Shown: piece after piece, positions 9,285 through 24,200 of the stretch
Numbering within the stretch: position 1 is the first letter of the stretch
How the letters are laid out: every line of letters starts with the position of its first letter
From: Nitrosopumilus sp.
Lineage (GTDB): Archaea; Thermoproteota; Nitrososphaeria; Nitrososphaerales; Nitrosopumilaceae
Length of the DNA: 64,000 bases
Direction: 5' to 3'
Assembly (NCBI GenBank): GCA_965219345.1
Contig: OZ244732.1
Coordinates: 64,001-128,000 of the forward strand
Notes under the pieces: generated by a model
Database searches by the model: none
What the model was told of the DNA's origin: nothing
Seen by the model: only the letters and a program-made list of their open reading frames with translations
Translations under genes and position numbers: made by a program

Positions 9285-12200
9285 TATCCGACTATTGATT
9301 CCGCCCAGCCGCGCTCCATCAATGGCTGTACCGAGCGGTCAAGGAGGCAGGCAAGATCATCTCTCAGGTTCTTGACCATCGTAAAGCCCGGCTTGCATTC
9401 CATGTCGCCTTCAGATGCGCTGCGACTACTACTGGACTGGGACTGGGACTTTTTTGACGTATCGGATGCGTCGTCATCGTCATCATCATATGTCTTCTCG
9501 CCAACGCACTGTTTTATGCTGATGCTTTCGTTTCTAATGTTGCTGTCCCGTCCCGCTATGTCCGCCAGCAGTATGCCAAGGTATGTCTCGGAAGGCCCCA
9601 TGTGGGATGTGAATACCTTGCTGCCGGGTATTCTTTCATCGGATAGGCTGGCCTCGGCCAGGCCGCCAATGGAGGTTCTGACGGATACCGACAGCGTAGA
9701 CGAGTCATCACCGGTTATTATTCTGACTAGGCCCGTCTCACAGTTCCATGAAACGCCGTAAAGCTCAATGTCGGACAGGGGCTCTCCGCTAGGACTGACG
9801 CCAGTACGGCCGCTGCTACCGCCACCACCGCCACCACCGCCGCCGCCACCGCCGCCGCTTCTGCCGCTCTTTTCGGGCTTTCTTTCCGGTTCAGGTCTTG
9901 GATCCTCCGTATCATCCACAACGGGCGGTGCAATGTTGTTTGTAACCAGATCTGCCGCAAAGCTGGCAAGCGAGTTTGGCTGTGGGAATAGCGTAAATGG
10001 TTCGGGCAGCGCGTATTGGTATATGGCAGTGTTGTTACTGCCTACGACAAACATCTGCATTCCGTCAGCAGAGAAGGCTATGCCTAACGGGAAGATGTCT
10101 TGTGGAACTACTGAAAAAGAGCCGGCAAAGGTGGCAGTGGATACGGTAAAGGGGGCGGTTAGCGCGTACTCGTATACGGCATTATCATTGGAATCTACGA
10201 CAAACATCCTTGTTCCGTTGGCAGAGAAGGCCAGGCCTGCCGGGGATGATACCTGCGATGCCACTGAGAAGGAGCTGTCAAAGGTGACAGCTGCAGACAG
10301 GTCAAACGGCACGGTTAGCGCGTACTCGTATACGGCATTATCATTGGAATCTACGACAAACATCCTTGTTCCGTTGGCAGAGAAGGCCAGGCCTGCCGGG
10401 GATGATACCTGCGATGCCACTGAGAAGGAGCTGTCAAAGGTGACAGCTGCAGACAGGTCAAACGGCACGGTTAGCGCGTACTCGTATACGTTTTGATTAC
10501 TATCACCCAGAACAAACATCCTGGTACCGTTGGCAGAGAAGGCCAGGTCTACTGGAATCGTGTCCCGTGGCACTGAGGAAGAGTTGGTAAAGGTGGCGGA
10601 AGATACGTCAAAGGGGGGGGTTAGCGCGTACTCGTATACGTTTTGATCATCACCATCCAGAACAAACATCTTGGTACCGTTAGCAGAGAAGGCCAGGCCT
10701 GATAGGAGTGTGTCTTGTAAGGACACGGAGAAGGAGCCAACAAGGAAGGCAGAAGCGGCAGGAATGTCATCTATGCTGCCCGTGGTTTTGGCGTATGCCA
10801 GATGGATGACATCGTCATGATCAAGCGTATCGTTAAGGGTAAGGGTGACCGTGTCTGCGGCGGCCGTGATTGCAGTTACGGTTGGGTCTGCGGATATGGT
10901 GCCGGATAGCGCAAAGTCTCCGGGTGCCGCACCGTTTATTGTGACGTCTTCGGACAGTACGACGTCAATTGTCGATGTGCTGGTAGTTGCAATGGAGGAC
11001 ACGATTGGCGGCGCGTCATCGGTTGTGCCGGTAAAGGTCTGGCTCGCTGCCGGGTTTGATGCGGTGTCTATCACGGTGCCAAGTGAATCGGTGTAGGTTA
11101 TATCCGGAGTATCGGATGTGTCGGTGATGCCGGAGACGGCAAGGGTTATGGCGTTACCCGAGCCTGCGGGATTGGTGTTTGCTGTCACCGTTCCGGTGGA
11201 AAGGGTGAATCCTTCGCCGTTTGTGGTTGTGACGTCTATGTTCTCGCTGTACGTCAGGGTTATGCTGGTAGCCGAGGTCACGGCAGCTGCGGTGATTGTT
11301 GGCGGAATAGTATCTGGCAGCGCCGTGGTGCCGGCAAAGGTCTGGCTCGCTGCCGGGTTTGATGCGGTGTCAACCACGGTGCCAAGCGAATCGTCATAGG
11401 TTATAGATGGAGCATCGGATGCCGTGATGCCGGAGACGGTAAGCGTTATGGTGTTGCCCGAACTTGCGGGATCGGTGTTTGCCGTCACCGTTCCTCCGGT
11501 GGTGGAAAGGGTGAATCCTTGGCCGTCTGTGGTTGTGACGTCTATGTTCTCGCTGTACGTCAGGGTTATGCTGGTAGCCGAGGTCACGGCAGCTGCGGTG
11601 ATTTCCGGTGGAATAGTATCTGGCAGCGCCGTGGTGCCGGCAAAGGTCTGGTCTTCTGCCTGGTTTGATGCGGTGTCAACCACGGTGCCAAGCGAATCGT
11701 CATAGGTTATAGATGGAGCATCGGATGCCGTGATGCCGGAGACGGTAAGCGTTATGGTGTCGTCCGAACCGGCGGGATCGGTGTTTGCCGTCACTTCCCC
11801 GTCAGAGAGAGCAAATCCTGCGCCGTTTGTGGTTGTGACGTCTATGTTCTCGCTGTACGTCAGGACTATGCTGATAGCCGAGGTCACGGCAGCTGCGGTG
11901 ATTTCCGGTGGAATAGTATCTGGCGGCGCCGTGGTGCCGGTAAAGGTCTGGCTCGCTGCCGGGTTTGATGCGCTGTCTGTCACGGTGCCATCAGACTCGG
12001 TGTAAATCACGTTTGGAGCATCGGATGCTGTGATGCCGGAGACGGTAAGCGTTATGGTGTCGTCCGAACCGGCGGGATCGGTGTTTGCCGTCACTTCCCC
12101 GTCAGAGAGAGCAAATCCTGCGCCGTTTGTGGTTGTGACGTCTATGTTCTCGCTGTACGTCAGGACTATGCTGATAGCCGAGGTCACGGCAGCTGCGGTG

Positions 12201-15200
12201 ATTTCCGGTGGAATAGTATCTGGCAGCGCCGTGGTGCCGGCAAAGGTCTGGCTCGCTGCCGGGTTTGATGCGGTGTCAACCACGGTGCCAAGCGAATCGT
12301 CATAGGTTATAGATGGAGCATCGGATGCCGTGATGCCGGAGACGGTAAGCGTTATGGTGTTGCCCGAACTTGCGGGATCGGTGTTTGCCGTCACCGTTCC
12401 TCCGGTGGTGGAAAGGGTGAATCCTTGGCCGTCTGTGGTTGTGACGTCTATGTTCTCGCTGTACGTCAGGGTTATGCTGGTAGCCGAGGTCACGGCAGCT
12501 GCGGTGATTTCCGGTGGAATAGTATCTGGCAGCGAACGTGGTGCCGGCAAAGGTCTGGTCTTCTGCCTGGTTTGATGCGGTGTCAACCACGGTGCCAAGC
12601 GAATCGTCATAGGTTATAGATGGAGCATCGGATGCCGTGATGCCGGAGACGGTAAGCGTTATGGTGTCGTCCGAACCGGCGGGATCGGTGTTTGCCGTCA
12701 CTTCCCCGTCAGAGAGAGCAAATCCTGCGCCGTTTGTGGTTGTGACGTCTATGTTCTCGCTGTACGTCAGGACTATGCTGATAGCCGAGGTCACGGCAGC
12801 TGCGGTGATTTCCGGTGGAATAGTATCTGGCGGCGCCGTGGTGCCGGTAAAGGTCTGGCTCGCTGCCGGGTTTGATGCGCTGTCTGTCACGGTGCCATCA
12901 GACTCGGTGTAAATCACGTTTGGAGCATCGGATGCTGTGATGCCGGAGACGGTAAGCGTTATGGTGTCGTCCGAACCGGCGGGATCGGTGTTTGCCGTCA
13001 CTTCCCCGTCAGAGAGAGCAAATCCTGCGCCGTTTGTGGTTGTGACGTCTATGTTCTCGCTGTACGTCAGGACTATGCTGATAGCCGAGGTCACGGCAGC
13101 TGCGGTGATTTCCGGTGGAATAGTATCTGGCAGCGCCGTGGTGCCGGCAAAGGTCTGGCTCGCTGCCGGGTTTGATGCGGTGTCAACCACGGTGCCAAGC
13201 GAATCGTCATAGGTTATAGATGGAGCATCGGATGCCGTGATGCCGGAGACGGTAAGCGTTATGGTGTTGCCCGAACTTGCGGGATCGGTGTTTGCCGTCA
13301 CCGTTCCTCCGGTGGTGGAAAGGGTGAATCCTTGGCCGTCTGTGGTTGTGACGTCTATGTTCTCGCTGTACGTCAGGGTTATGCTGGTAGCCGAGGTCAC
13401 GGCAGCTGCGGTGATTTCCGGTGGAATAGTATCTGGCAGCGCCGTGGTGCCGGCAAAGGTCTGGTCTTCTGCCTGGTTTGATGCGGTGTCAACCACGGTG
13501 CCAAGCGAATCGTCATAGGTTATAGATGGAGCATCGGATGCCGTGAGATGCCGGATGCCGTGATGCCGGAGACGGTAAGCGTTATGGTGTCGTCCGAACC
13601 GGCGGGATCGGTGTTTGCCGTCACTTCCCCGTCAGAGAGAGCAAATCCTGCGCCGTTTGTGGTTGTGACGTCTATGTTCTCGCTGTACGTCAGGACTATG
13701 CTGATAGCCGAGGTCACGGCAGCTGCGGTGATTTCCGGTGGAATAGTATCTGGCGGCGCCGTGGTGCCGGTAAAGGTCTGGCTCGCTGCCGGGTTTGATG
13801 CGCTGTCTGTCACGGTGCCATCAGACTCGGTGTAAATCACGTTTGGAGCATCGGATGCTGTGATGCCGGAGACGGTAAGCGTTATGGTGTCGTCCGAACC
13901 GGCGGGATCGGTGTTTGCCGTCACTTCCCCGTCAGAGAGAGCAAATCCTGCGCCGTTTGTGGTTGTGACGTCTATGTTCTCGCTGTACGTCAGGACTATG
14001 CTGATAGCCGAGGTCACGGCAGCTGCGGTGATTTCCGGTGGAATAGTATCTGGCAGCGCCGTGGTGCCAGCAAAGGTCTGGCTCGCTGCCGGGTTTGATG
14101 CGGTGTCAACCACGGTGCCAAGCGAATCGTCATAGGTTATAGATGGAGTATCGGATGCCGTGATGCCGGAGACGGTAAGCGTTATGGTGTTGCCCGAACT
14201 TGCGGGATCGGTGTTTGCCGTCACCGTTCCTCCGGTGGTGGAAAGGGTGAATCCTTGGCCGTCTGTGGTTGTGACGTCTATGTTCTCGCTGTACGTCAGG
14301 GTTATGCTGGTAGCCGAGGTCACGGCAGCTGCGGTGATTTCCGGTGGGGTGGTATCTATTGGGGGATCAATTTCATCGGATGATGGTGCAATGTTGTTTG
14401 TGACCAACCTTGCATCAAAGCTGGCCAGTGAGTTTGGCTGCGTGGATAACGTAAATGGTTTGGGCAGTGTGTACTCGTTTACGTCACCATCAGCACCACC
14501 TACAACGAACATCTTTATTCCGTCACCAGAGAAGGCCAGGCCTGATGGGAATGTGTCTTGTGACACAGAGAAAGAGCCGGCATAGGTGACATTGGATACG
14601 TCAAAGGGGGCGGTTAGCGCGTACTCGTATACGGCATCGTTATAATTGCCTGTGACAAACATCCTTGTTCCGTCATTAGAGAAGGCCAAACCCTGTGGGA
14701 ATGTGTCTTGTGAGGATACTGGGAAGGAGTTGGTAAAGGAGACATTGGATATGTCAAAGGAGATGGCTAGTGTGTACTCGTATACGGCATCACTCTTAAG
14801 ATCTAGAACAAACATCCTTGTTCCGTCATCAGAGAAGGCCAGGCCTGATGGGAATGTGACTTGTGAGGATACTGAGATGAAGCGCCTTATGTCGGCAGTA
14901 GACAAGTCAAATGGGGTGGTTAGCGCGTACTCGTATACGGCATCGTCACCATCACCTACAGCGAACATCTTTGTTCCGTCATCAGAGAAGGCCAGGCCTG
15001 ATGGGAGCATGTCGTCAAAATACAGTAAGAAAGAGTTGGCAAAGGAGGAAGTCGATACGTCAAAGGGAGCGGATAATTCGTACTCGTATGCTGTAGCAGT
15101 AATACTGTCGGTGACAAACATCCTTGTTCCGTCATTGGAGAAGGCCAGGTCTGATGGATACGTTCCTTGTGAAGCCACCGAGAAAGAGTTGGTAAAGGAT

Positions 15201-18200
15201 GGAAGAAGAATGTCATCTATGCTGCCCGTGGTTTTGGCGTATGCCAGATGGATGACATCATTATTATCAAGTGTATCACTGAGGGCAAGGGTGACCGTGT
15301 CGGCAAGGATGGGGGTGATTCCAGTCACGGTCGGGTTTGTGGATATGGTGCCGGACAGCGCAAAGTCTCCGGGTGCTACAGAGCTGACTGTAACGTTTTC
15401 GGACAGTACGACGTCAATTGTTGATGCACTGGAAGTTTCGATAGAAGATACGGTTGGCGGCGCGTCATCGACTGTACGGTCAAAGGTCTGGTCCTCTGCC
15501 TGGTTTGATGCGCCGTCTGCCACGGTGCCATCAGATGCGATGTAAGTCACATCCGGTCTATCGGATGTGTTGGTAATGCCGGAGACCGTAAGGGTTATGG
15601 TGTCGTCCGAACCTTCGGGATCGGTGTTTGCCGTCACCGCTCCCCCGTCAGAGAGGCCAAATCCTGTGCCGTTCGTGGCGCTGACGTCAACGTTCTCGCT
15701 GTACGTCAGGGTTATGCTGGTAGCCGAGGTCATGGCAGCCGCGGTAATTGTTGGGGCATCGGTGTCTGGTGGAATGTTGTTTGTGACCAGAACTGCCACA
15801 AAGCTGGCAAGCGAGTTTGGCTGTGGTAACAAGTTAAATGGTTTGGGCAGTACGTACTCGTTTATGTCATCGTTAAAATCACCCAGGACAAACATCCTAG
15901 TTCCGTCGCCAGAGAAGGCCAGGCCTGATGGGGATCTGTCTTGTGAATCCACTGGGAAAGAGCCGACAAAAGCGGCATTGGATATGTCAAATGGGGCGGT
16001 TAGCGCGTACTCGTTTACGTCATTGCCAAGATCACCTATAACGAACATCCTAGTTCCGTCGCCAGAGAAGGCCAGGCCTGATGGGAATGTGTCTTGTGAG
16101 GATACTGAGAAAGAGTTAGCAAAGGAGGAAGTAGATACGTCAAATGGGGCGGTTAGCGCGTACTCGTTTACGTCATCGCCAAAATCACCTAGGACAAACA
16201 TCCTTGTTCCGTCACCAGAGAAGGCCAAGCCTGATGGGAATATGTCTTGTGAAGCCACTGAGAAAGAGTCGACAAAGGTGGCATTGGATATGTCAAATGG
16301 GGAGGCCAGTATGTACTCGTTTACGTCATCACCTAGAACAAACATCCTTGTTCCATCACCAGAGAAGGCCAAACCCTGTGGGAATGTGTCTTGTGAGGAT
16401 ACTGGGAAAGAGTCGACAAAGGAGGCATCGGATATGTCAAATGGGGCGGTTAGCGCGTACTCGTGTACGTTTTGACCACGGGAATCCAGAACAAACATCC
16501 TTGTTCCGTCATTGGAGAAGGCCAGGTCTGATGGATACGTTCCTTGTGAAGCCACCGAGAAAGAGTTGGCAAAGGATGGAAGAAGAATGTCATCTATGCT
16601 GCCCGTGGTTTTGGCGTATGCCAGATGGATGACATCATTATTATCAAGTGTATCACTGAGGGCAAGGGTGACCGTGTCGGCAAGGATGGGGGTGATTCCA
16701 GTCACGGTCGGGTTTGTGGATATGGTGCCGGACAGCGCAAAGTCTCCGGGTGCCGCATCGTTTACTATAACGTTTTCGGACAGCACGACGTCAATTGTTG
16801 ATGCACTGGAAATTTCGATAGAAGATACGGTTGGCGGGGCATCATCGACTGTACGGTCAAAGGTCTGGTCCTCTGCCAGGTTTAATGCGCTGTCTGTCAC
16901 GGAGCCATCAGATTTGGTGTAAGTCACATCCGGTCTATCGGATGTGTTGGTAATGCCGGAGACCGTAAGGGTTATGGTGTCGTCCGAACCTTCGGGATCG
17001 GTGTTTGCCGTCACCGCTCCCCCGTCAGAGAGGCCAAATCCTGTGCCGTTCGTGGCGCTGACGTCAACGTTCTCGCTGTACGTCAGGGTTATGCTGGTAG
17101 CCGAGGTCATGGCAGCCGCGGTAATTGTTGGGGCATCGGTGTCTGGTGGAATGTTGTTTGTGACCGACCTTGCATCAAAGCTGGCAAGCGAGTTTGGCTG
17201 CGTGGATAACGTAAATGGTTCGGGCAGTGTGTACTCGTTTATGTCAACACCATCATCACCTGAAACAAACATCTTTGTTCCGTCATCAGAGAAGGCTAGG
17301 CCTGTCGGGAATGTGTCTTGTGAGGATACTGAGAAGGAGTTGGCAAAGGTGGCATCGGATACGTCAAATGGGGAGGCCAGTATGTACTCGCTTACGTTTT
17401 GACCAAGGGAATCCAGAACAAACATCCTTGTTCCGTCATTGGAGAAGGTCAGATATTGTGGAGATGTGTCTTGCGATGCCACTGAGAAAGAGCCGACAAA
17501 GGATAAAGTGGATACGGTAAAGGGGACAGTTAATGTGTACTCGCTTACAGCATAGTCACTAGCATCTACGACAAACATCCTTGTTCCGTTATCAGAGAAG
17601 GCCAGGCCTGACGGGGCTGTTACTTGCGATGCTACTGAGAAAGAGCCGACAGAGATGGCAGCAGACAAGTCAAAGGGGGCGGCCAGTGCGTACTCGCTTA
17701 CGTTTTGACTATAATCACCTAGAACAAACATCTTTGTTCCGTCACCAGAGAAGGCCAAGTCTACTGGAATTGTGTCCTGTGGCACTGAGAAAGGGCCGGC
17801 ATAGGTGGCGGAAGATACGTCAAATGGGGCGGTTAGCGCGTACTCGTATACGGCATCGTCACCATCACTTAGAACAAACATCTTTGTTCCGTTATTGGAG
17901 AAGGCCAGACCTCGTGGGAATATGTTTTCTGAATCCACTGAGAAGGAGTCGACAAAGGATGCAGAAGCAGCAGAGATGTCATCTATGCTGCCCGTGGTTT
18001 TGGTGTATGCCAGATTGATGTCATCATCATCATCAAGCGTATCACTGAGGGCAAGGATAACCGTGTCGGCAAGGATGGGGGTGACTCCAGTCACGATCGG
18101 GTCTGTGGATATGGTGCCGGACAGCGCAAAGTCTCCGGGTGCCGCACCGTTTACCGTGACGTCTTCGGACAGCACGACGTGAATTGTCGATGTGCCGACA

Positions 18201-21200
18201 GTACCAATGAAGGACACGGTTGGGGGCGCGTCATCGACTGTGCGGTCAAAGGTCTGGTCTTCTGCCTGGTTTGATTCCGCGTCTGTCACGGTGCCAAGCG
18301 AATCGTCATAGGTTATAGATGGAGTATCGGATGTGTCGGTGATGCCGGAGACCGTAAGGGTTATGGTGTCGTCTGAACCTGCGGGATCGGTGTTTGCCGT
18401 CACCGTTCCTCCGGTGGAAAGGGCGAATCCTTGGCCGTTTGTGGCGCTGACGTCTATGTTCTCGCTGTACGTCAGGACTATCTCGGTAAGGGAGATCACG
18501 GCAGCTGCGATGATTGTTGGCGGAATGGTGTCCGGCGGCGCCGTGGTGCCGGTAAAGGTCTGGTCTTCTGCCGGGTTTGATGCGCTGTCTTCCACGTTGC
18601 CATCAGACTCGGTGTAAATCACGTTTGGAGCATCGGATGCTGTGATGCCGGAGACGGTAAGCGTTATGGTGTCGTCCGAACCGGCGGGATCGGTGTTTGC
18701 CGTCACTTCCCCGTCAGAGAGAGCAAATCCTGCGCCGTTTGTGGTGCTGACGTCTATGTTCTCGCTGTACGTCAGGACTATGCTGATAGCCGAGGTCACG
18801 GCAGCTGCGGTGATTTCCGGTGGAACGGTGTCCGGCAGCGGGGTGGTGCCGGTAAAGGTCTGGTCTTCTGCAGGGTTTGACGCGCTGTCTGTCACGGAGC
18901 CATCAGACTCGGTGTAAATCACGTTTGGAGCATCGGATGCTGCGGTAATGCCGGAGACGGTAAGGGTTATGGTGTTGCCCGAACCTGCGGGATCGGTGTT
19001 TGCCGTCACCGTTCCGGTGGAAAGGGTGAATCCTTCGCCGTTTGTGGTTATGACGTCTATGTTCTCGCTGTACGTCAGGACTATCTCGGTAAGGGAGATC
19101 ACGGCAGCTGCGATGATTGTTGGCGGGGTGGTATCATCTATTGGGGGATCAATGTCATCTGGTGGCGGTGTCGATGCAATGTTGTTTTTGACCGACATTG
19201 CCGCAAAGCTGGCAAGGGAGTTTGGCTGCGGAAGCAAAGTAAATGGCTTTGACAGCGTGTACTCGTTTACGTCACTGTCATCATTGCCTACGACAAACAT
19301 CTTTTTTCCGTCAGCAGAGAAGGCCAAACCTCGCGGTTTTGTATCTTGTGAGGTCACTGGGAAGGAGCTGGTAAAGGAGGAAGTGGATACGTCAAAGGGG
19401 GCGGATAGTGCGTACTCGTTTACGTCCTTGCCAGAGAGACCTATGACAAACATCTTTTTTCCGTCGTTGGAAAAGTCCAGACCCCATGGACGTGTATCTT
19501 GTGAGTTTACCGGGAAGGAGCTGTCAAAGGTGGCAGTGGATACGTCAAAGGGGGCGGTTAGCGTGTACCCGTATACGGCAATGTCATTATTACCTGTGAC
19601 GAACATCCTTGTTCCGTCAGCAGAGAAGGCCAAACCTCGCGGTTTTATATCTTGTGAGGTCACTGGGAAGGAGCTGTCAAAGGTGGCAGTGGATACGTCA
19701 AAGGGGGTGGATAGCGTGTACTCGTATACGGCACCGCCAAGATCACCTACGACAAACATCTTGGTTCCGTCGTTGGAGAAAGCTAGGCCTTGTGGACGTG
19801 TATCTTGTGAGGCCACTGGGAAAAAGTTGGCAAAGGTGGCAGTGGATACGTCAAATGGGGCGGTTAGCGTGTACTCGTGTATCATATTTTGATCCTTACC
19901 TACGACAAACATCTTTGTTCCGTTAGCAGAGAAGGCCAGGCCTAATGGAGACTGGTCCCTTAACACCACTGAGAAAGAGTCGACAAAGGACGGAGGAGCA
20001 GAAATGTTATCTATGCTGCCCGTGGTTCTGTTGTATGCCAGGTTGATGACATCATTGCTATCAAGCGTATCATTGAGGGTAAGGGTGACCGTGTCTGCAA
20101 CTGCCGTGATTCCAATCACGGCCGGGTCTGTGGATATGGTGCCGGACAGCGCAAAGTCTCCTGGTGCCGCATCGTTTATTGTGACGTCTTCGGACAGTAC
20201 GATATCAATTGCCAGTGTGCTGGCAGTACCGATGGAGGACACGATCAGCATTGTACTGGCAGTTGTACCGGCAAAGGTCTGGTTTGCTGCAGGGTTTGAC
20301 GCGCGGTCTGTCACGGTACCATCAGACTCGGTGTAAATCACGTTTGGAGCATCGGATATGGTGATGTTGGAGACGGTAAGCGTTATGGTGTTGTCTGAAC
20401 CTGCGGGATCGGTGTTTGCCGTCACTTGCCCGACGGAGAGGGTGAATCCTTGGCCGTTTGTGGTTGTGACGTCTATGTTCTCGCTGTACGTCAGGAGTAT
20501 CTCGGTAAGGAAGGTCACGGCAGCTGCGGTGATTGTTGGCGGGGTGGTGTCTGGTGGAATGTTGTTTATGACCGAATCTGCCGCAAAGCTTGCAAGCGAG
20601 TTTGGCTGTGGGAATAGCGTAAATGGCTTTGATAGCGTGTACTCGTTTATGTCATCACCATCATTGCCTACGACAAACATCCTAGTTCCGTCGCCAGAGA
20701 AGGCCAGGCCTTGCGGATTTTCGTCTTCTGATGCCACTGAGAAAGAGCTGACAGGGGCGGCAGTGGATACGTCAAAGGGGGAGGCCAGCGCGTACTCGTT
20801 TACGTCATCGCCAATAAGACCTACGACAAACATCCTAGTTCCGTCGCCAGAGAAGGCCAGGCCTAATGGGAATGCGTCTTGTGAGGCCACTGAGAAAGAG
20901 CTGTCAAAGGTGGCAGTAGATATGTCAAAGGGGACAATCAGTACGTACTCGTTTACTTTACCGCTACCAGTACCTACAACAAACATCTTTTTTCCGTCAT
21001 CAGAGAAGGCCAGGCCTGATGGGAATGCGTCTTGTGAGGCCACTGAGATGGAGTTGGCAAGGGTGGCATTGGATATGTCAAATGGGGTGGATAGCGCGTA
21101 CTCGTTTACCTTACTGTTAGAATCACCTACGACAAACATCCTAGTTCCGTCACCAGAGAAGGCCAGGCCTGATGGGAACCTGTCTTGTGAGGCCACTGAG

Positions 21201-24200
21201 ATGGAGTTGGCAAGGGTGGCATCGGATATGTCAAATGGGGCGGTTAGCGTGTACTCGTTTACGGCATTTCCACTAAGATCTAGAACAAACATCTTTGTTC
21301 CGTTATTGGAGAAGGCCAGGCCTGATGGATACGTTCCTTGTGAAGCCACTGAGAGGGAGTTGGTAAAGGACGTGAGAGCAAGAATGTCATCTATGCTGCC
21401 CGTGTCTTTGGCGTATGTCAGATTGATGTCATCATTACTATCAAGCATATCACTGAGGGCAAGGGTGACCGTGTCGGCAGCGGCCGTGATTCCAGTTACG
21501 ACCAAGTTTGTGGATATGGTGCCGGACAGCGCAAAGTCTTCGGGTGCCGCACCGTTTATTTCGACGTCTTCGGACAGCACGACGTCAATTGTTGATGCAC
21601 TGGAAGTTTCGATAGAAGATACGGTTGGCGGCGCGTCATCTACTGTACGGTCAAAGGTCTGGTCCTCTGCCTGGTTTGATGCGCCGTCTGCCACGGTGCC
21701 ATCAGATTCGATATAAGTCACATCCGGAGTATCGGATGTGTTGGTAATGCCGGAGACCGTAAGGGTTATGGTGTCGTCCGAACCTTCGGGATCGGTGTTT
21801 GCCGTCACCGCTCCCCCGTCAGAGAGGTCAAATCCTGCGCCGTCCGTGGCGCTGACGTCAACGTTCTCGCTGTACGTCAGGACTATGCTGGTAGTCGAGG
21901 TCACGGCAGCTGCGGTAATTGTTGGGGCAACGGTATCTGGTGGAATGTTGTTTTTGACCGGATCTGCCGCAAAGCTGGCAAGCGAGTTTGGCTGTGGTAA
22001 CAAGTTAAATGGTTTGGGCAGCACGTACTCGTTTATGTCATCGTTAAAATCACCCAAGACAAACATCCTTGTTCCGTTGCCAGAGAAGGCCAAGCCTGAT
22101 GGGGATCTGTCTTGTGAGGCCACTGGGAAAGAGTTGGCAAGGGTGACATTGGATACGTCAAATGGGGCGGCCAGCGTGTACTCGTTTACGGCATCGTTAA
22201 AATTACCTACAACGAACATCCTTGTTCCGTCGCCAGAGAAGGCCAGGTCTAGTGGGAGTGTGTCTTCTGATGCCACTGAGAAAGAGCCGACAAAGGAGGA
22301 AGTCGATACGTCAAAGGGGGCGGTTAGCGCGTACTCGTTTACGGCATCGCCAAGATCACCTACAACAAACATCTTTGTTCCGTTGTTGGAGAAGGCCAGG
22401 CCTGATGGGAATACGTCTTGTGAATCCACTGAGAAAGAGTCCACAAAGATGACATTGGATATGTCAAATGGGGCGGCCAGTATGTACTCGTTTACGTCAT
22501 TGCCTTCATCGCCTAGGACAAACATCCTAGTTCCGTCGCCAGAGAAGGCCAGACCTTGTGGGAGTGTGTCTTGTGAACCTACTGAGAAAGTGTTGACAAG
22601 GGTGACATTGGATACGTCAAATGGGGTGGATAGCGCGTACTCGTTTACGGCATCTCTATCAAGATCTAGAACAAACATCTTTTTTCCGTCAGCGGAGAAG
22701 GCCAGGCCTGATAGATCCGTTCCTTGTGGAGCCACTGAGAAGGAGCTGGCAAAGAATGAAAGAAGAATGTCATCTATGCTGCCCGTGGTTTTGGCGTATG
22801 CCAGATTGATGTCATCATTATTATCAAGTGTATCACTGAGGGCAAGGGTGACCGTGTCGGCAAGGATGGGGGTGATTCCAGTCACGGTCGGGTTTGTGGA
22901 TATGGTGCCGGACAGCGCAAAGTCTCCGGGTGCTACAGAGCTGACTGTAACGTTTTCGGACAGTACGACGTTAATTGTCGATGTGCTGGAAGTTTCGATA
23001 GAAGATACGGTTGGCGGCGCGTCATCTACTGTACGGTCAAAGGTCTGGTCTGCCGCCTGGTTTGATGCACTGTCTTCCACGGTGCCATCAGATTCGATAT
23101 AAGTCACATTCGGAGTATCGGATGTGTTGGTAATGCCGGAGACCGTAAGGGTTATGGTGTCGTCCGAACCTTCGGGATCGGTGTTTGCCGTCACTGCTCC
23201 CCCGTCAGAGAGGCCAAATCCTGCGCCGTCCGTGGTGTTGACGTCAACGTTCTCGCTGTACGTCAGGACTATGCTGGTAGCCGAGGTCACGGCAGCTGCG
23301 GTAATTGCTGGGGCATCGGTATCCGGCGGAATGTTGTTTGCAACCGGGGTTGCCACAAAGCTGGCAAGCGAGTTTGGCTGTGTGGATAACGTAAATGGTT
23401 CGGGCAGTGTGTACTCGTTTATGTCAACGCCATCATCACCTGAAACAAACATCTTTGTTCCGTCGCCAGAGAAGGCCAGGCCTGATGGGAATGCGTCTTG
23501 TGAGGATACTGAGAAGGAGTTGGCAGAGGTGACATTGGATATGTCAAAGGGGGCGGTTAGCGCGTACTCGTTTAATTTACTGTTAAAATTATCTAGAACA
23601 AACATCCTTGTTCCGTCATTGGAGAAGGCCAGACCTCGTGGGAATATGTCTTCTGAAGATACTGGGAAGGAGCCGGCAGAGGTGGCAGTAGACAAGTCAA
23701 AGGGGGCTGTCAGCGCGTACTCGCTTACAGCATAGTCACTAGCATCTACGACAAACATCTTTGTTCCGTTAGCAGAGAAGGCCAGGCCTGACGGGGCTGT
23801 TACTTGCGATGTTACTGAGAAAAAGCCGGCAGAGGTGGCAGCAGACAAGTCAAATGGGGCGGTTAGCGCGTACTCGTATACGTTTTGACTATCATCATCT
23901 AGAACAAACATCTTTTTTCCGTCACCAGAGAAGGCCAGGTCTACTGGAAGCGTGTCCTGTGGCACTGAGAAAGGGGCGGCATAGGTGGCGGAAGATACGT
24001 CAAATGGGGCGGCCAGCGTGTACTCGTATACGGCATCGTCACCATCACTTAGAACAAACATCTTTGTTCCGTCGTTGGAGAAGGCCAGGCCTGATGGAGC
24101 TAGGCCTTCTGAATCCACTGAGAAAGAGTCGACAAAGGATGCAGAAGCAGTAGAGATGTCATCTATGCTGCCCGTGTTTCTGGTGTATGCCAGGTTGATG

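Noticed and set aside
8955-9375. ORFs with VCVCAC and HTHTRT repeats
   Set aside because: They are translations of the microsatellite, not Cys/His-rich proteins.
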